A stretch of 64,000 nucleotides of DNA from Candidatus Kapaibacterium sp. (GTDB lineage: Bacteria > Bacteroidota > Ignavibacteria > Kapaibacteriales > UBA2268). Where the stretch lies: NCBI GenBank assembly GCA_963665665.1, contig OY762428.1:4480001-4544000 (forward strand). Reading direction: 5' to 3'. The notes under the pieces are model-generated. The model was given only the letters and a program-made list of their open reading frames with translations, made no database searches and was not told the DNA's origin. Position numbers and translations under genes: made by a program. This document shows, one piece after another, positions 27,504 to 38,501 of the stretch (positions are counted from its first letter, which is position 1; each line of letters begins with the position of its first letter).

Positions 27504-30500
27504 ATGGAAATTAGTAAAATGGCAGAGTTACAGGCATCATACAGCAATATTATAGACAGGATAAAAAAAGTCCGTTCGAAAGAATCACTAAACCTTCTGG
27601 CAAACGGATTGTTTAAATCATTATCCATAGTTTTAGCATTGGCATTATTAGCCTCGATAATTGAAAATCTTGGCAATACCGACACATTGTTCCGAACAGT
27701 ATTGGCCGGAATAATTTTTATTTCATTTGTTATAAGTTTTGGATTTTTTGTTTTCCCACCGATGATGAGATTCTTTGTTGACAGGTATAAACCGGGTATA
27801 GAGTCCGTTGCTTTGCGAATCGGTGACAGCTATCCTGAAATTAAGGACAGGCTTTGCAATGCCATACAACTTGTTGCTGATAAAAGTTTTTCAGGTTATT
27901 CATCCGAGCTGGTGGAGTCTGCATTCAGCGAAGTTTCCAACTCTGCGAGAAATATGGAATTTGACGTAATTATAGATAAGAAGCAGAACAGGCAATGGCT
28001 TCTGATTTTTGCTTCAATTCTGATAATTTTTTCAGGCAGTTTCATGGCAGCGCCCGGGCTTGCAGATGCCTTCGGAAGGATTGCCAATTTTACTCAGTCC
28101 TATGTGCCACCTGCTGACTTTTCTTTAAAAGTTAGTCCTGAAAGATTGGATATTCTCAGGGGCGAAGATGTATTAATTACAATCAATGCCGAAGGCAATG
28201 CACCTGAACAGATAGAACTGTTGATAAAAGAAGGGCAGCAGGAGGATTTTGATAAATATAAAATTCGCAGCGATTCAAGCGGGCAATATACCTTTGAACT
28301 TAAAAACCTTAAAAACAGCGTAACTTTTTATGCCCGGAGCGAGTGGTATAATTCCTACGTTACAAGCAATACGGGTAAAGTAAATATCAGTGACAGGCCG
28401 ATAGTCCGCACATTGAACGGAAGGATACATTATCCTGCTTATACCGGCCAGGTGCCGACAGATTTTGATGAAAACAACGCTGATATTACGGCCCTGAAAG
28501 GCTCAGCTGTTTCAATTCAGATATTGGCAAATAAAGACCTGAAAGAAGCAACACTTATTAATATTATTCAACCCGAGATAACAATTATTGATTCAGTGGA
28601 GGTATTGCCCGATACTGTTATAAATGATCTTGATGTTGCCGGAAGGGCAGCAAGCGGGAAATTTAAAATAACGGGTACAGGTGAATACTGGATTGAACTT
28701 GTTGATAAATACGGGGAAACAAACAGCTCACCAATCAGGTACGGGATTGTTGCACTTTTGGATGCATTCCCTTCTATTGCATTGCTCACTCCAACTTATG
28801 ACGTATCTGTATCCGAGGATGCAGAACTAACTATAGCTGCTTCATTTTCCGACGATTACGGATTTACTTCTTTAAAGCTTAAATACAGGCTGGCAGAATC
28901 GAGATATGCCGAGCCTGAAGAAAATTATAAATCAATGGAAATCCCGATTTATAAAAATGAAGTCAGCCAGGACATTATCTTTAAATGGAATCTGAATGAC
29001 CTGAATATTTCTCCTGAAGACAGGTATGAATATTATCTCGAAATTTTTGATAATGATATTGTATCCGGCCCAAAATCAAGCTCGACTATGAAATTATCCG
29101 TAAGGCTTCCTTCTCTTGATGAAGTGCTGAACGAAACAGATCATGCTCAGGATGATATTCAGAAAGAACTTGAAAAAGTACTGAAAGATGCCAAAAAACT
29201 TACCAAAGATATGGACGAGATGCAAAATGAATTGAGGAAGAATTATAAAAAGAAAGAATTGAATTGGAAGGAAAAAAAGCAATTCGAAGATATTCTGAAA
29301 AAACAGGCTGAAATCAGGAAAAAAATGGAGGATGTTAGCCAAAAAGTTGATGACATGGCAAAAAAACTTCAGGACAAAAATGCTTTATCTCCCGAAACTT
29401 TGCAGAAATTTATGGAATTGCAGCAGCTGATGCAGCAGGTAAAATCGCCTGAACTGGAGCAGATGCGCAAGAAAATGGAAAATGCAATGAAGCAGGTCAG
29501 CCCCGAACAGATGCGCCAGGCAATGGAAAAAGTGAAATTTGACGAAGAGAAATTTAAAAAGAGTATTGAAAGAACACTGAAATTACTGAAACGACTTCAG
29601 GTAGAGCAGAAAACTGACGCTGTGAAGAAAAGAGCCGAAGAACTCGCGGAAAAAATGGAAGACCTGGAGAAGAAAACCGAAAATGCTAATCCAAACGATA
29701 AAGAATCAAAAGATAACCTTTCGAAAAAGCAGGATATGGCTAAGGAAGATTTCCAGGAAATGCTCCAGGAAACAGATGAACTGGAACAACTGATGAATGA
29801 AGCCGGGGATGACATGCCTAAGGATATGCTACAGCAGGCAAAAGAGGATTTGAATCCTCAGGAGACAATGGAAAACATGGAACAATCCTCAAGCCAGTGC
29901 AAAAATGGCAACATGCAGCAGGCCGCGCAGAAACAAAAGAAAGCATCGAAGAAACTACGGGACTTTGCAAAGCAGATGCAGGACATGAAAGACCAGATGC
30001 AGCAGAAAAATTCGAAGGAAGCACAAAGGAAAATGCAAAAAGCTATTTCCGACGTACTTGAACTTTCTGATGAGCAGGAAAGTTTAATGAACCAGACAAA
30101 ATCTGCCGATTATAATTCAATGCGAATTCCTGACCTGGCCGAAAAACAGGCTGAATTGCAAATGGGTATGAACATGGTAGCTAATTCACTAATGGAGTTA
30201 TCAGAAAAATCACTTGCGGTTACTCCACAGATGGGGCAGGAAATCGGCAACTCGCTCCGCCAGATGCAGAACGCTTTGAATAGTCTCTCGGAAAGGCGAA
30301 CCCGTAATGCTTCTTCTTCACAGGGTGAGTCCATGTCTGCAATGAACAGGGCCGTATCCCAAATGCAGAGTATGCTTTCTGCAATGCAGAATCAGGGCAG
30401 CGGTTCATGCAGCAATCCCGGTGGTCAAGGGCAGGGCAAACCCGGACAGGGCAGTTTTGGCGACCAGTTGCAAAAGCTGGCTCAACAGCAGATGGGGCTT

Positions 30501-31004
30501 AACCAGGCTCTTCAGCAGCTTTCACAGAACCAGGGAAGTATGTCGCAGGAACAACAGGCTCAGATGAGAAGGCTTGCCGGAAAACAGGGCGAGAACGGTA
30601 AATCATTACAGGAGCTTGCACAGGAACAAAAAAGTAATCCGGCCGGCGACAAAAAAGCGCTCGGGGATTTGAATAAACTGGCAGAAGAAATGAATGAGGT
30701 TATGACGGACCTGCAAAGCGGCAAACTGAATGACGATTTACTCCAAAAGCAGGACAGGATCCTTTCCAGGCTCCTTGATGCAACCCGCTCGATTAACGAA
30801 AGGGATTTTGAGAAAAAAAGGGAATCGAAAGAAGGCCGCTTAAAAGACCTTGCCAGCCCGGATGAATTGTATCCCAATACTCTTGAAGGAAACAAAAAAG
30901 CCCTGAAGGATATGCTGAAAAAAATCAAGCAGGGATATTCCAAAGACTATGAAGTTTTAATCCGTAAATACCTTGAGAAAATTAGTGAAGAGCAGGCTAA
31001 TTAA
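27504..31004 (+). CDS. DUF4175-family membrane-anchored coiled-coil protein
   Basis: Three N-terminal TM segments, YPAYTG, SDDYGF and FDNDIVSGPKS, then a long Q/M/E-rich coiled coil. The start is uncertain (27477, 27504 or 27519). Confidence 0.8.
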   Translation: MEISKMAELQASYSNIIDRIKKVRSKESLNLLANGLFKSLSIVLALALLASIIENLGNTDTLFRTVLAGIIFISFVISFGFFVFPPMMRFFVDRYKPGIESVALRIGDSYPEIKDRLCNAIQLVADKSFSGYSSELVESAFSEVSNSARNMEFDVIIDKKQNRQWLLIFASILIIFSGSFMAAPGLADAFGRIANFTQSYVPPADFSLKVSPERLDILRGEDVLITINAEGNAPEQIELLIKEGQQEDFDKYKIRSDSSGQYTFELKNLKNSVTFYARSEWYNSYVTSNTGKVNISDRPIVRTLNGRIHYPAYTGQVPTDFDENNADITALKGSAVSIQILANKDLKEATLINIIQPEITIIDSVEVLPDTVINDLDVAGRAASGKFKITGTGEYWIELVDKYGETNSSPIRYGIVALLDAFPSIALLTPTYDVSVSEDAELTIAASFSDDYGFTSLKLKYRLAESRYAEPEENYKSMEIPIYKNEVSQDIIFKWNLNDLNISPEDRYEYYLEIFDNDIVSGPKSSSTMKLSVRLPSLDEVLNETDHAQDDIQKELEKVLKDAKKLTKDMDEMQNELRKNYKKKELNWKEKKQFEDILKKQAEIRKKMEDVSQKVDDMAKKLQDKNALSPETLQKFMELQQLMQQVKSPELEQMRKKMENAMKQVSPEQMRQAMEKVKFDEEKFKKSIERTLKLLKRLQVEQKTDAVKKRAEELAEKMEDLEKKTENANPNDKESKDNLSKKQDMAKEDFQEMLQETDELEQLMNEAGDDMPKDMLQQAKEDLNPQETMENMEQSSSQCKNGNMQQAAQKQKKASKKLRDFAKQMQDMKDQMQQKNSKEAQRKMQKAISDVLELSDEQESLMNQTKSADYNSMRIPDLAEKQAELQMGMNMVANSLMELSEKSLAVTPQMGQEIGNSLRQMQNALNSLSERRTRNASSSQGESMSAMNRAVSQMQSMLSAMQNQGSGSCSNPGGQGQGKPGQGSFGDQLQKLAQQQMGLNQALQQLSQNQGSMSQEQQAQMRRLAGKQGENGKSLQELAQEQKSNPAGDKKALGDLNKLAEEMNEVMTDLQSGKLNDDLLQKQDRILSRLLDATRSINERDFEKKRESKEGRLKDLASPDELYPNTLEGNKKALKDMLKKIKQGYSKDYEVLIRKYLEKISEEQAN

Positions 31005-31183
31005 ATTTCGAAGATGATTATAAACGCATAGAAATTATAACATTACTGTGCCTGTTAGCAGATAAAAAATTAAAATATATATTTTGATGGATTTATTATT
31101 ATCCAGATTTGATCCTTTTTTATTCCGGCAAGGGGATAATTGTTATTAGTCAATTTGAAGCAATAATGAAAAATGATTGAACA

Positions 31184-32398
31184 TCATTCGATTAATATCT
31201 TGCCAAAATAATTTTTTCCTTCAATATTTGCAGACCACAAATATAAACCTGAAGCATATTTCCGGGTATCGATAAAAGTCTGATTACTATTTGCAAGATT
31301 TACCAGGTTTCTCCCAAAAATATCATACAAATTGAAATTTCTGACAATATAAGATCCAATATCTAAATGAATTGCATCATTTGCAAAATATACACTGATA
31401 TTTTCTTTGCTTGTATTTTCAGTATTGCAGGTATATAGTTTGTAGCAAAGTAATTCATGATTGTTTCCACAGGCAAATACCAGGTCTTTGTGAATTGCAA
31501 AAACAGCATTCAAACAACTTGTAGTTAGTCCGGAGGCCTGCCTGTTCCAGTTTTTGCCGCCGTCAGTAGTATTCAGTATTATTCCATTACCTCCAACAGC
31601 CCAGCCTGTCTGATCGGTAAGAAAGAAAACTGAGTGTAAATCTGCATTGGCCGGAGAGATTTGTTTCTTCCATTCACTGCCGTTCCAGTGAAGAATATCG
31701 CCACCGCTGCCAACAGCCCATCCAATATTTTCATTAATAAAGAAAATATCATAAAGGCATTTGTTGATTTCCGGAATATCATCTTTAATCCAGGATTTTG
31801 CGCCATCTGTGGTGTGCCATATAAAATTGCCGTTCCCGCATATATACCCGCAGCTGTCGTTGATAAAATAAATTGATTCAATGGTTACAACCATATTTTT
31901 AATATTTATTTTATTCCAATGGGGATTGCTGTTGTAAGTATATTTATAGAAATATCCGTTAGTATCTCCCATGCTTTCGCCGGCAGCATAGGCCGTTGTG
32001 GTGGAAGGGAATGCTATTGCTTTGAATCGTTTGTCAGTCCCGATTTTTTTTTCTTCCCAGTTTATTCCGGCATCTGAACTAAATGCTGCCATTCCGTTGC
32101 TGCCAACGCATAGAATAGTATTGCTGTCCGCTAATGATATGGCATACTTAATATTTGATGTAGTTGAAGCGCGAAAATTTGTTCCAATGTCATCTGATAC
32201 GTAAATGCCCAGCATTCCGCTGATTGCAATAGTTTTTCCGGACAGGTACATATCCGTGAAATTATCAAATCCAGGAATATTCTTACCAATTTTTTGCCAG
32301 GCCAGTGAATCATTTGCACTGACAAGGTAATTTATCTGAATAAATATTATGATAAGAAAAGTAATCTTAAAATTCTTCATTTCCATCTCCCCGTTCAT
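31184..32398 (-). CDS. YCF48/BNR-repeat beta-propeller protein with putative T9SS C-terminal domain
   Basis: Signal peptide, TTDGAKSW/TTDGGKNW Asp-boxes, GWAVG repeats and C-terminal YDIFGR...ASGLYL...KILIE. Confidence 0.8.
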   Translation of the reverse strand: MNGEMEMKNFKITFLIIIFIQINYLVSANDSLAWQKIGKNIPGFDNFTDMYLSGKTIAISGMLGIYVSDDIGTNFRASTTSNIKYAISLADSNTILCVGSNGMAAFSSDAGINWEEKKIGTDKRFKAIAFPSTTTAYAAGESMGDTNGYFYKYTYNSNPHWNKINIKNMVVTIESIYFINDSCGYICGNGNFIWHTTDGAKSWIKDDIPEINKCLYDIFFINENIGWAVGSGGDILHWNGSEWKKQISPANADLHSVFFLTDQTGWAVGGNGIILNTTDGGKNWNRQASGLTTSCLNAVFAIHKDLVFACGNNHELLCYKLYTCNTENTSKENISVYFANDAIHLDIGSYIVRNFNLYDIFGRNLVNLANSNQTFIDTRKYASGLYLWSANIEGKNYFGKILIE

Positions 32399-32555
32399 GG
32401 AATTTAATTGCTTAAATATAAATAATATAACGGACTAAGTCAACAGGAATTATTAATAATCGGATAATTTCGAATGATAAGAGAGTTTTTCTTTGCTAAT
32501 TTGGCTAAAATTGTTAATTTGTTGTAAATTTTGATATATAATTAGAGGAATTGTC

Positions 32556-34370
32556 ATGAAAATTATCAAATTGTTTATTGTTGCAACGATTGTTCTAAAT
32601 TTCTGTGAATTAATTGCAGATGATTCTCTCAGGGTGGTTCACCCAAACGGATCGGAAATCTTCAATTTCGGAGATAATATAAATATTCAATGGGAGGGAG
32701 TCCCTCAAGATCAGCCTGTAGATATTTATTTCAGCAGAGACGATGGTGGAAATTGGAGACAAATTGTTGCCGGGGCAAAAGGCCATTCATATATTTGGTA
32801 CGATGTACCAAATATAATCAGGAAAAACTGCCGTATAAAAGTAAAAACTTCAACAGAACCACAAATTGAGTGGCAGAAATGTTTTGGAGGAAGTGGTTAT
32901 GATGTTTCTGAAAGTATTCAACAGACAATTGATGGTGGTTATATTATTGCCGGATCAACAACATCTGATGATGGTGATATAATAAAGAATCATGGAAATG
33001 AAGATATTATGATAATCAAAATAGATAGTGTGGGTAATCTTCAATGGCAAAATGTTTTTGGAGGTAATTTGACAGAAGAAGCATTCTGTATTCAGCAAAC
33101 AATTGACGGTGGATATATATTTGCCGGTTATACAGATTCAAATGATGGAGATATCTCATTCAACCATGGATCAAGAGATATTTGGGTAGTAAAATTAACT
33201 GATTGGGGAAAAATTGAATGGGAAAAGTCTTTTGGCGGATCCAAAGAAGATAATGCATTTGGAATATTTCAAACTGAAGATACAGGATACATTGTTGTTG
33301 GAGAAACTTTATCTGTTGACGGGGATGTTACAAATAGCCATGGGCGAGGCGATTCATGGATAGTTAAATTGAATGTCAATGGAAAAATTGAATGGGAAAA
33401 GAGTTTAGGTGGAAGTTATACAGATTATATTTTTGATTTATTACAAGTAGGTGACGGTGATTTTATATTGGTAGGTCAAACTGAATCTAATAATGGCGAT
33501 GTATTCGGAAACCATGGTTCTTATGATAATTGGATTGTAAAATTGAATACAAATGGAGAAATTCAGTGGCAAAAGTGTTACGGGGGAAAAAATGATGATT
33601 TGGCTCGTGGTATTGTTAATACTTTTGATGATGGGTACATGATTGCAGGATATTCAAATTCTATTGATGGAGATTTGGCTTATCAAAGATACTCAAATGA
33701 TTTTGACTATTGGGTTATAAAAATTGATACTATGGGAGATATCCAATGGCAGAAAAATTTTGGGGGTAGTAGAACTGATTGGGCTTTCTGTATACAAACA
33801 GCCAGAAATGATTCTTATATTATTGTTGGAAATTCAAATTCAAATGACAATGATGTTTTCAATAGTAAAGGAAGTAATGATTATTGGGTAGTAAAGTTCA
33901 ACGAGAAAGATAATATACAGTGGCAGAAATGTGTAGGTGGAAGCAAGTATGACTTTGCTAAATGTATCAGAGAAACAAAGGATTTTGGTTACATTTTAGC
34001 AGGCTACACACTATCAAATGACGTTGATGTTTCCGGAAACCACGGAAGTGCAGATGCATGGATTGTAAAGTTATCACCAGAGCCGAATATAACCATACAG
34101 TCCGATGAATCTGATTCAAATTTTTCTATTGTTGACCCTAACGGTATTCTGGACCATACTGAGGATGGAATAATCATATATCCCAATCCATCGAATGATA
34201 ATATATCAATATGTGGATATGAAGGAAAGATTTCAATATTAAACTCACTTGGTTTGGAAATTCTTGAACTCAATATTTATTCTAATGAAGCTATTGATAT
34301 TTCTGCACTTGCAAGTGGTTGCTATGTTGTAAGAATGAATGGTAATGTTCTAAGATTTATAAAATATTAA
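32556..34370 (+). CDS. Secreted beta-propeller repeat protein with T9SS type A sorting domain
   Basis: Signal peptide; about 7 repeats of WQKxxGGS...QTxDGGY...NHG..D.WIVK; C-terminal IYPNPS...LASGCYVV. Confidence 0.85.
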   Translation: MKIIKLFIVATIVLNFCELIADDSLRVVHPNGSEIFNFGDNINIQWEGVPQDQPVDIYFSRDDGGNWRQIVAGAKGHSYIWYDVPNIIRKNCRIKVKTSTEPQIEWQKCFGGSGYDVSESIQQTIDGGYIIAGSTTSDDGDIIKNHGNEDIMIIKIDSVGNLQWQNVFGGNLTEEAFCIQQTIDGGYIFAGYTDSNDGDISFNHGSRDIWVVKLTDWGKIEWEKSFGGSKEDNAFGIFQTEDTGYIVVGETLSVDGDVTNSHGRGDSWIVKLNVNGKIEWEKSLGGSYTDYIFDLLQVGDGDFILVGQTESNNGDVFGNHGSYDNWIVKLNTNGEIQWQKCYGGKNDDLARGIVNTFDDGYMIAGYSNSIDGDLAYQRYSNDFDYWVIKIDTMGDIQWQKNFGGSRTDWAFCIQTARNDSYIIVGNSNSNDNDVFNSKGSNDYWVVKFNEKDNIQWQKCVGGSKYDFAKCIRETKDFGYILAGYTLSNDVDVSGNHGSADAWIVKLSPEPNITIQSDESDSNFSIVDPNGILDHTEDGIIIYPNPSNDNISICGYEGKISILNSLGLEILELNIYSNEAIDISALASGCYVVRMNGNVLRFIKY

Positions 34371-34451
34371 AGTTATGATTTGATAGAAATATTTATAATA
34401 TGATTTGAACACTTGTTTTTAAACGTTTAAACGGCGAAATTGATATATTAA

Positions 34452-35447
34452 TCAGCCTTTAAGCAGATTTATTTTCCAAAGGTCCTTGCTGGAAAATCTT
34501 AATATTGGTTTGAGTGCCATTATCCCGGTTTTTCCAATTGAACCTTCAAGGAATTTTAATTCTTTCAATTTACTGTCAATGTCCGGATATTCAGGAATAT
34601 CCATTCCGGTTTCCTTTAGTAGCATTATTCCTTTTGCCCGGACTGATAGCTCAGTGAAAAGCTCAATATAGCATATCATATCAAAAACTATTTCAGGTGC
34701 AAACCTGTTTTTTATATTCAAAATATATTTTCCGGCCTTTGTTCCTGAAAAATTTCCCGACCTGATTTCTGACAGTAGCATGGACTCGCTGTCCAACTCA
34801 AGATTCATCCACTCTTTCAGGTTATTACTTCCAATCCTGAAAGTAATGAAAAATATTGCAGGAACAAGAACCACGATAATAATTGTTGAGTTAACAGGAT
34901 CAATATAAAAACTATTGAACAAAGCGTGAATAGCATAGGCAAGTATTAACCCTGGAAGAAGCATAGTAATATTTAGCTGTTCCTTCTTTTGCAACAGGAT
35001 CATTGCAATAATACCTGCAATAGCAATTGTTCCGCCGTGCATAACAGCCGTACCAAAACCGCGAACTACCCACAACAGCATATTAGTCGAATCAGATGAA
35101 TAAAGGTAGAAAATGTTTTCCAAAAGGGCAAATCCGCTACCCACGGCAAAACCGTATATTGCTCCGTCGATAACAAACGAAGCCCTGCTAACCCGGATTA
35201 TGATAAATAACATCGATATTTTTAATACTTCCTCGATAACAGGCGCCCAAAAAATAGAATACAGAGCAAACCTGAGGCCCGAAATTTGCAAAAGGAAAGA
35301 ATTTACATAAAAGGAAATACCTGCTGATGCCAAACCCAATGACAATGCAACAATCAGAAATTTATTATCTATCAGCTTGAAGCTGTCCAGAAGGACAAGA
35401 CAGATAAGGAATATTAATACCGGAATCAGGGATAAAATTATTTCCAT
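34452..35447 (-). CDS. PrsW-family intramembrane protease
   Basis: APVIEEVLK, GFALLEN, AVMHG and IHALFN motifs; multiple TM helices. Confidence 0.85.
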   Translation of the reverse strand: MEIILSLIPVLIFLICLVLLDSFKLIDNKFLIVALSLGLASAGISFYVNSFLLQISGLRFALYSIFWAPVIEEVLKISMLFIIIRVSRASFVIDGAIYGFAVGSGFALLENIFYLYSSDSTNMLLWVVRGFGTAVMHGGTIAIAGIIAMILLQKKEQLNITMLLPGLILAYAIHALFNSFYIDPVNSTIIIVVLVPAIFFITFRIGSNNLKEWMNLELDSESMLLSEIRSGNFSGTKAGKYILNIKNRFAPEIVFDMICYIELFTELSVRAKGIMLLKETGMDIPEYPDIDSKLKELKFLEGSIGKTGIMALKPILRFSSKDLWKINLLKG

Positions 35448-35459
35448 AAATGAACTCTT

Positions 35460-35492
35460 AAAAAATGCTCTTCCGAAATACTTCGGAAGAGC
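35460..35492 (-). terminator. Intrinsic-terminator-like hairpin just upstream of the PrsW-like start
   Basis: Minus strand GCTCTTCCGAA-GTAT-TTCGGAAGAGC followed by ATTTTTT. Confidence 0.65.
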
Positions 35493-35838
35493 TTTATTAA
35501 ACTGACAAATCCAGAGAGGTAAAGGTAAAGGGAAGATATGAATCTGCCAGTTTCAATACTTTTGTTGTCAAAATAATTACTAATTATTATTTCCATGCAA
35601 TATTAAATTTTCAGAGCTTTAAAATCAAATTATTTCAAATATAATAATCCAAAATTAATAAAAAAAAACATTACCTGAGATGATAAATACTATTTTTATA
35701 GTACGAAATTAGTTTGTTTTACGAATGCCATTAATTATATTCGAAATTGGAAAAATAAATTAAATAAAAATAAAAAATGAAATCGCACATTTTTCATTGG
35801 CGATAAGTAAAAAGTTAAAAACGAAAAACGGATAAAAT

Positions 35839-37383
35839 ATGAAATCCACAGATAAATGGACAAACGAAGAAATTGCAGCTCAGCTCGTATTCCCGAGAAT
35901 TTCGGCGGATGAATATTATAAAAATGAGAATTACAGAGATGAAATCCACGATCTTGTAAAGGCCGGTGTCGGCGGATTTTGTGTTTTCAAAGGCGGGGTA
36001 AATCCTACCAAAACCATGATCAACGAGTTGCAGGGAATGGCCGAAATTCCTCTTCTGTTTTGTGCGGATTTTGAATGGGGATTGCTAATGAGACTGAACG
36101 ACGGCGCTCCCTTTCCTCATGCAATGGCACTTGGAAATATTGAAGGCGGCGGCATGACAGAAGAAGTTGCTTCTGCAATAGCCCAGGAAACAAAGTATGC
36201 AGGTGTTCACTGGAATCTCGCTCCGGTTTGTGATATTAATTCTAATCCTGACAATCCTGTTATAAATGTCCGTTCTTTCGGGGAAGAGAAAGAAACTGTT
36301 GCAAAGCATTCCAACGATTATATCATTGGTTTGCAGAAAGAAAAAGTAATTGCCTGTGCCAAGCATTTCCCCGGCCATGGCGATACTTCGGTTGATTCAC
36401 ATATCGAGCTTCCCGTGCTTGAAAAAACGATAGATGAAATTGAAGCCCATGAATTATTTCCTTTCCGGGAAGCAATCAAAACCGGTGTAAAGTCAATTAT
36501 GCTGGGGCATTTGTCTGTACCGGCTCTTGACCCATCAGGACTTCCCGCAAGCATTTCTCCGGTTATTGTTCAGTATCTCAGGAATAAACTTGGTTTCATG
36601 GGAATTATAGTTACTGACGGCCTTGACATGGGAGCATTGAAAAAACTTGTTGAACCTGATGAAACAGCGCTGAAAAGCCTAATGGCAGGTGCAGATGTGG
36701 CTTTGATCCCGGAAAATCCATCAGAATCCCTGAAGAAAATTATCGTGGAAATGGAATCGAACAATGCTTTCAGGGAGCAGGCGCTTGAATCAGTGAACAG
36801 AATTATTAAAGAAAAACGCTGGTGCGGACTGACAACTCAGGTTCAGACTATTGATACAGATCGTGTTGTGAATTTTGCAAAAAATGAAAAAACAGCCCTG
36901 AAAGCTGCTTTTGAAGCGTTGAAAATGACGGGCAATGAATCCCTGATTCCTATCCCTGAAGATAAAATATTTGCAGGATTTGCTTTCATGCAGGATTCAA
37001 ATATTGATGTTGGTACTAAATTTTTTCAGTACACAGCCCAGGCTCTTGAAAATGATTGTGATTTTGGCTTCCTTAGCGAAAATATCAGTGATGATGAAAT
37101 AAATGAGTTGAAAGAAAGGCTGACTGACACAGAATTATTTATATTTGCTTTCTTTTACCGCGGTAAAGGCTATATAGGAAATGCCGGATTTCGTAAGGAC
37201 GTAAATAAAATTATCCAAAAAATTGCCGGCGAAAAACCGAAAATCGGCATCATTTTCGGTAATCCATATTTGAAACGCGATATTGAATGTGATCTTTTTA
37301 TCGATAATTTTTCGGACTCTTTGTCGTCTGTTGCTGCATCGGTGATGCTTCTTAGCGACCGTAAACCTGTTATGTATGATTAA
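35839..37383 (+). CDS. nagZ: GH3 beta-N-acetylhexosaminidase
   Basis: KHFPGHGDTSVDSH signature, NLAPVCD, RSFG and VTDGLDM. Confidence 0.88.
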   Translation: MKSTDKWTNEEIAAQLVFPRISADEYYKNENYRDEIHDLVKAGVGGFCVFKGGVNPTKTMINELQGMAEIPLLFCADFEWGLLMRLNDGAPFPHAMALGNIEGGGMTEEVASAIAQETKYAGVHWNLAPVCDINSNPDNPVINVRSFGEEKETVAKHSNDYIIGLQKEKVIACAKHFPGHGDTSVDSHIELPVLEKTIDEIEAHELFPFREAIKTGVKSIMLGHLSVPALDPSGLPASISPVIVQYLRNKLGFMGIIVTDGLDMGALKKLVEPDETALKSLMAGADVALIPENPSESLKKIIVEMESNNAFREQALESVNRIIKEKRWCGLTTQVQTIDTDRVVNFAKNEKTALKAAFEALKMTGNESLIPIPEDKIFAGFAFMQDSNIDVGTKFFQYTAQALENDCDFGFLSENISDDEINELKERLTDTELFIFAFFYRGKGYIGNAGFRKDVNKIIQKIAGEKPKIGIIFGNPYLKRDIECDLFIDNFSDSLSSVAASVMLLSDRKPVMYD

Positions 37384-37484
37384 TTTTAAGCTTGCCTATT
37401 AGTTTTTGGCTATACCCGCGAATTTAGTTAATTTTACAATTTCGTATTGAGCGAAATTATTTATTAATAATTTACTTTGAGTAT

Positions 37485-38498
37485 ATGGCAAAAACACTTT
37501 TAATAACAGGCGGTTGTGGCTTTATCGGCAGCAATTTTATCATTTACCTGATAGAAAATTTTGATTATAAAATAATTAATCTCGATGCCCTGACCTACGC
37601 AGGAAATCCGGAAAATCTGATATCTGTTGAAAATTCTGAAAAATATTCCTTTGTAAAAGCTGATATAAGGGACAGGGATACATTAGAAAAAATTATAAAA
37701 AATGATAAAATCGACGGGATAATCAATTTCGCTGCCGAGTCACATGTTGACCGTTCAATCATGGATGCCAGGCCTTTTATTGATACAAATGTTATCGGAA
37801 CTATGAACCTTATGGATATGGCCAGGAAATATGAAGTTCCCAGATTCTTGCAGGTATCAACTGATGAAGTATATGGTTCGCTTGGTGATACAGGGCTTTT
37901 TACAGAAGAATCTCATATTCAGCCAAATTCTCCTTACTCAGCTTCAAAAGCCTCAGCAGACCACTTAGTGATGGCATACAACCATACTTACGGCTTTCCG
38001 GCTGTTATTACCAGGTGCTCAAATAATTACGGCCCCATGCAATTCCCGGAAAAATTAATACCGCTGATGATAAGCAATGCCCGTGAGGATAAATCACTGC
38101 CTGTTTACGGTGACGGTATGAATATTCGCGACTGGATACATGTACACGATCACAACAGCGCTGTGCTCAGGGTATTCGAAAAAGGGAATATTGGGGAAGT
38201 TTACAATGTTGGTGGTAATTCAGAGAAACCAAATATTGAGATAGTAAAGAGAATTCTGTCCACCATGAATAAACCCGAATCGCTTATAACTTATGTGAAA
38301 GACAGACCGGGGCATGACAGGCGCTATGCCATTGATGCTACAAAGATCAAGAATGAAATTGGCTGGGAACCTGAAATACAATTTGAGCAGGGGATTGAAG
38401 ACACGATAAAATGGTATCTTGATAATCAGAAATGGGTTGATAATGTACGCAGCGGCGCATACCTTGAATATTACACAAAACAATACGGAAATAAATAA
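37485..38498 (+). CDS. rfbB: dTDP-glucose 4,6-dehydratase
   Basis: TGGCGFIGSNF, AAESHVDRS, STDEVYGSL, PYSASKA and DRPGHDRRYAID. Confidence 0.96.
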   Translation: MAKTLLITGGCGFIGSNFIIYLIENFDYKIINLDALTYAGNPENLISVENSEKYSFVKADIRDRDTLEKIIKNDKIDGIINFAAESHVDRSIMDARPFIDTNVIGTMNLMDMARKYEVPRFLQVSTDEVYGSLGDTGLFTEESHIQPNSPYSASKASADHLVMAYNHTYGFPAVITRCSNNYGPMQFPEKLIPLMISNAREDKSLPVYGDGMNIRDWIHVHDHNSAVLRVFEKGNIGEVYNVGGNSEKPNIEIVKRILSTMNKPESLITYVKDRPGHDRRYAIDATKIKNEIGWEPEIQFEQGIEDTIKWYLDNQKWVDNVRSGAYLEYYTKQYGNK

Positions 38499-38501
38499 TT
38501 T

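Noticed and set aside
32860-34080. Diversity-generating retroelement TR/VR pair within the propeller repeats
   Set aside because: The repeats are diverged at the protein level with no adenine-specific pattern, and no reverse transcriptase is present.
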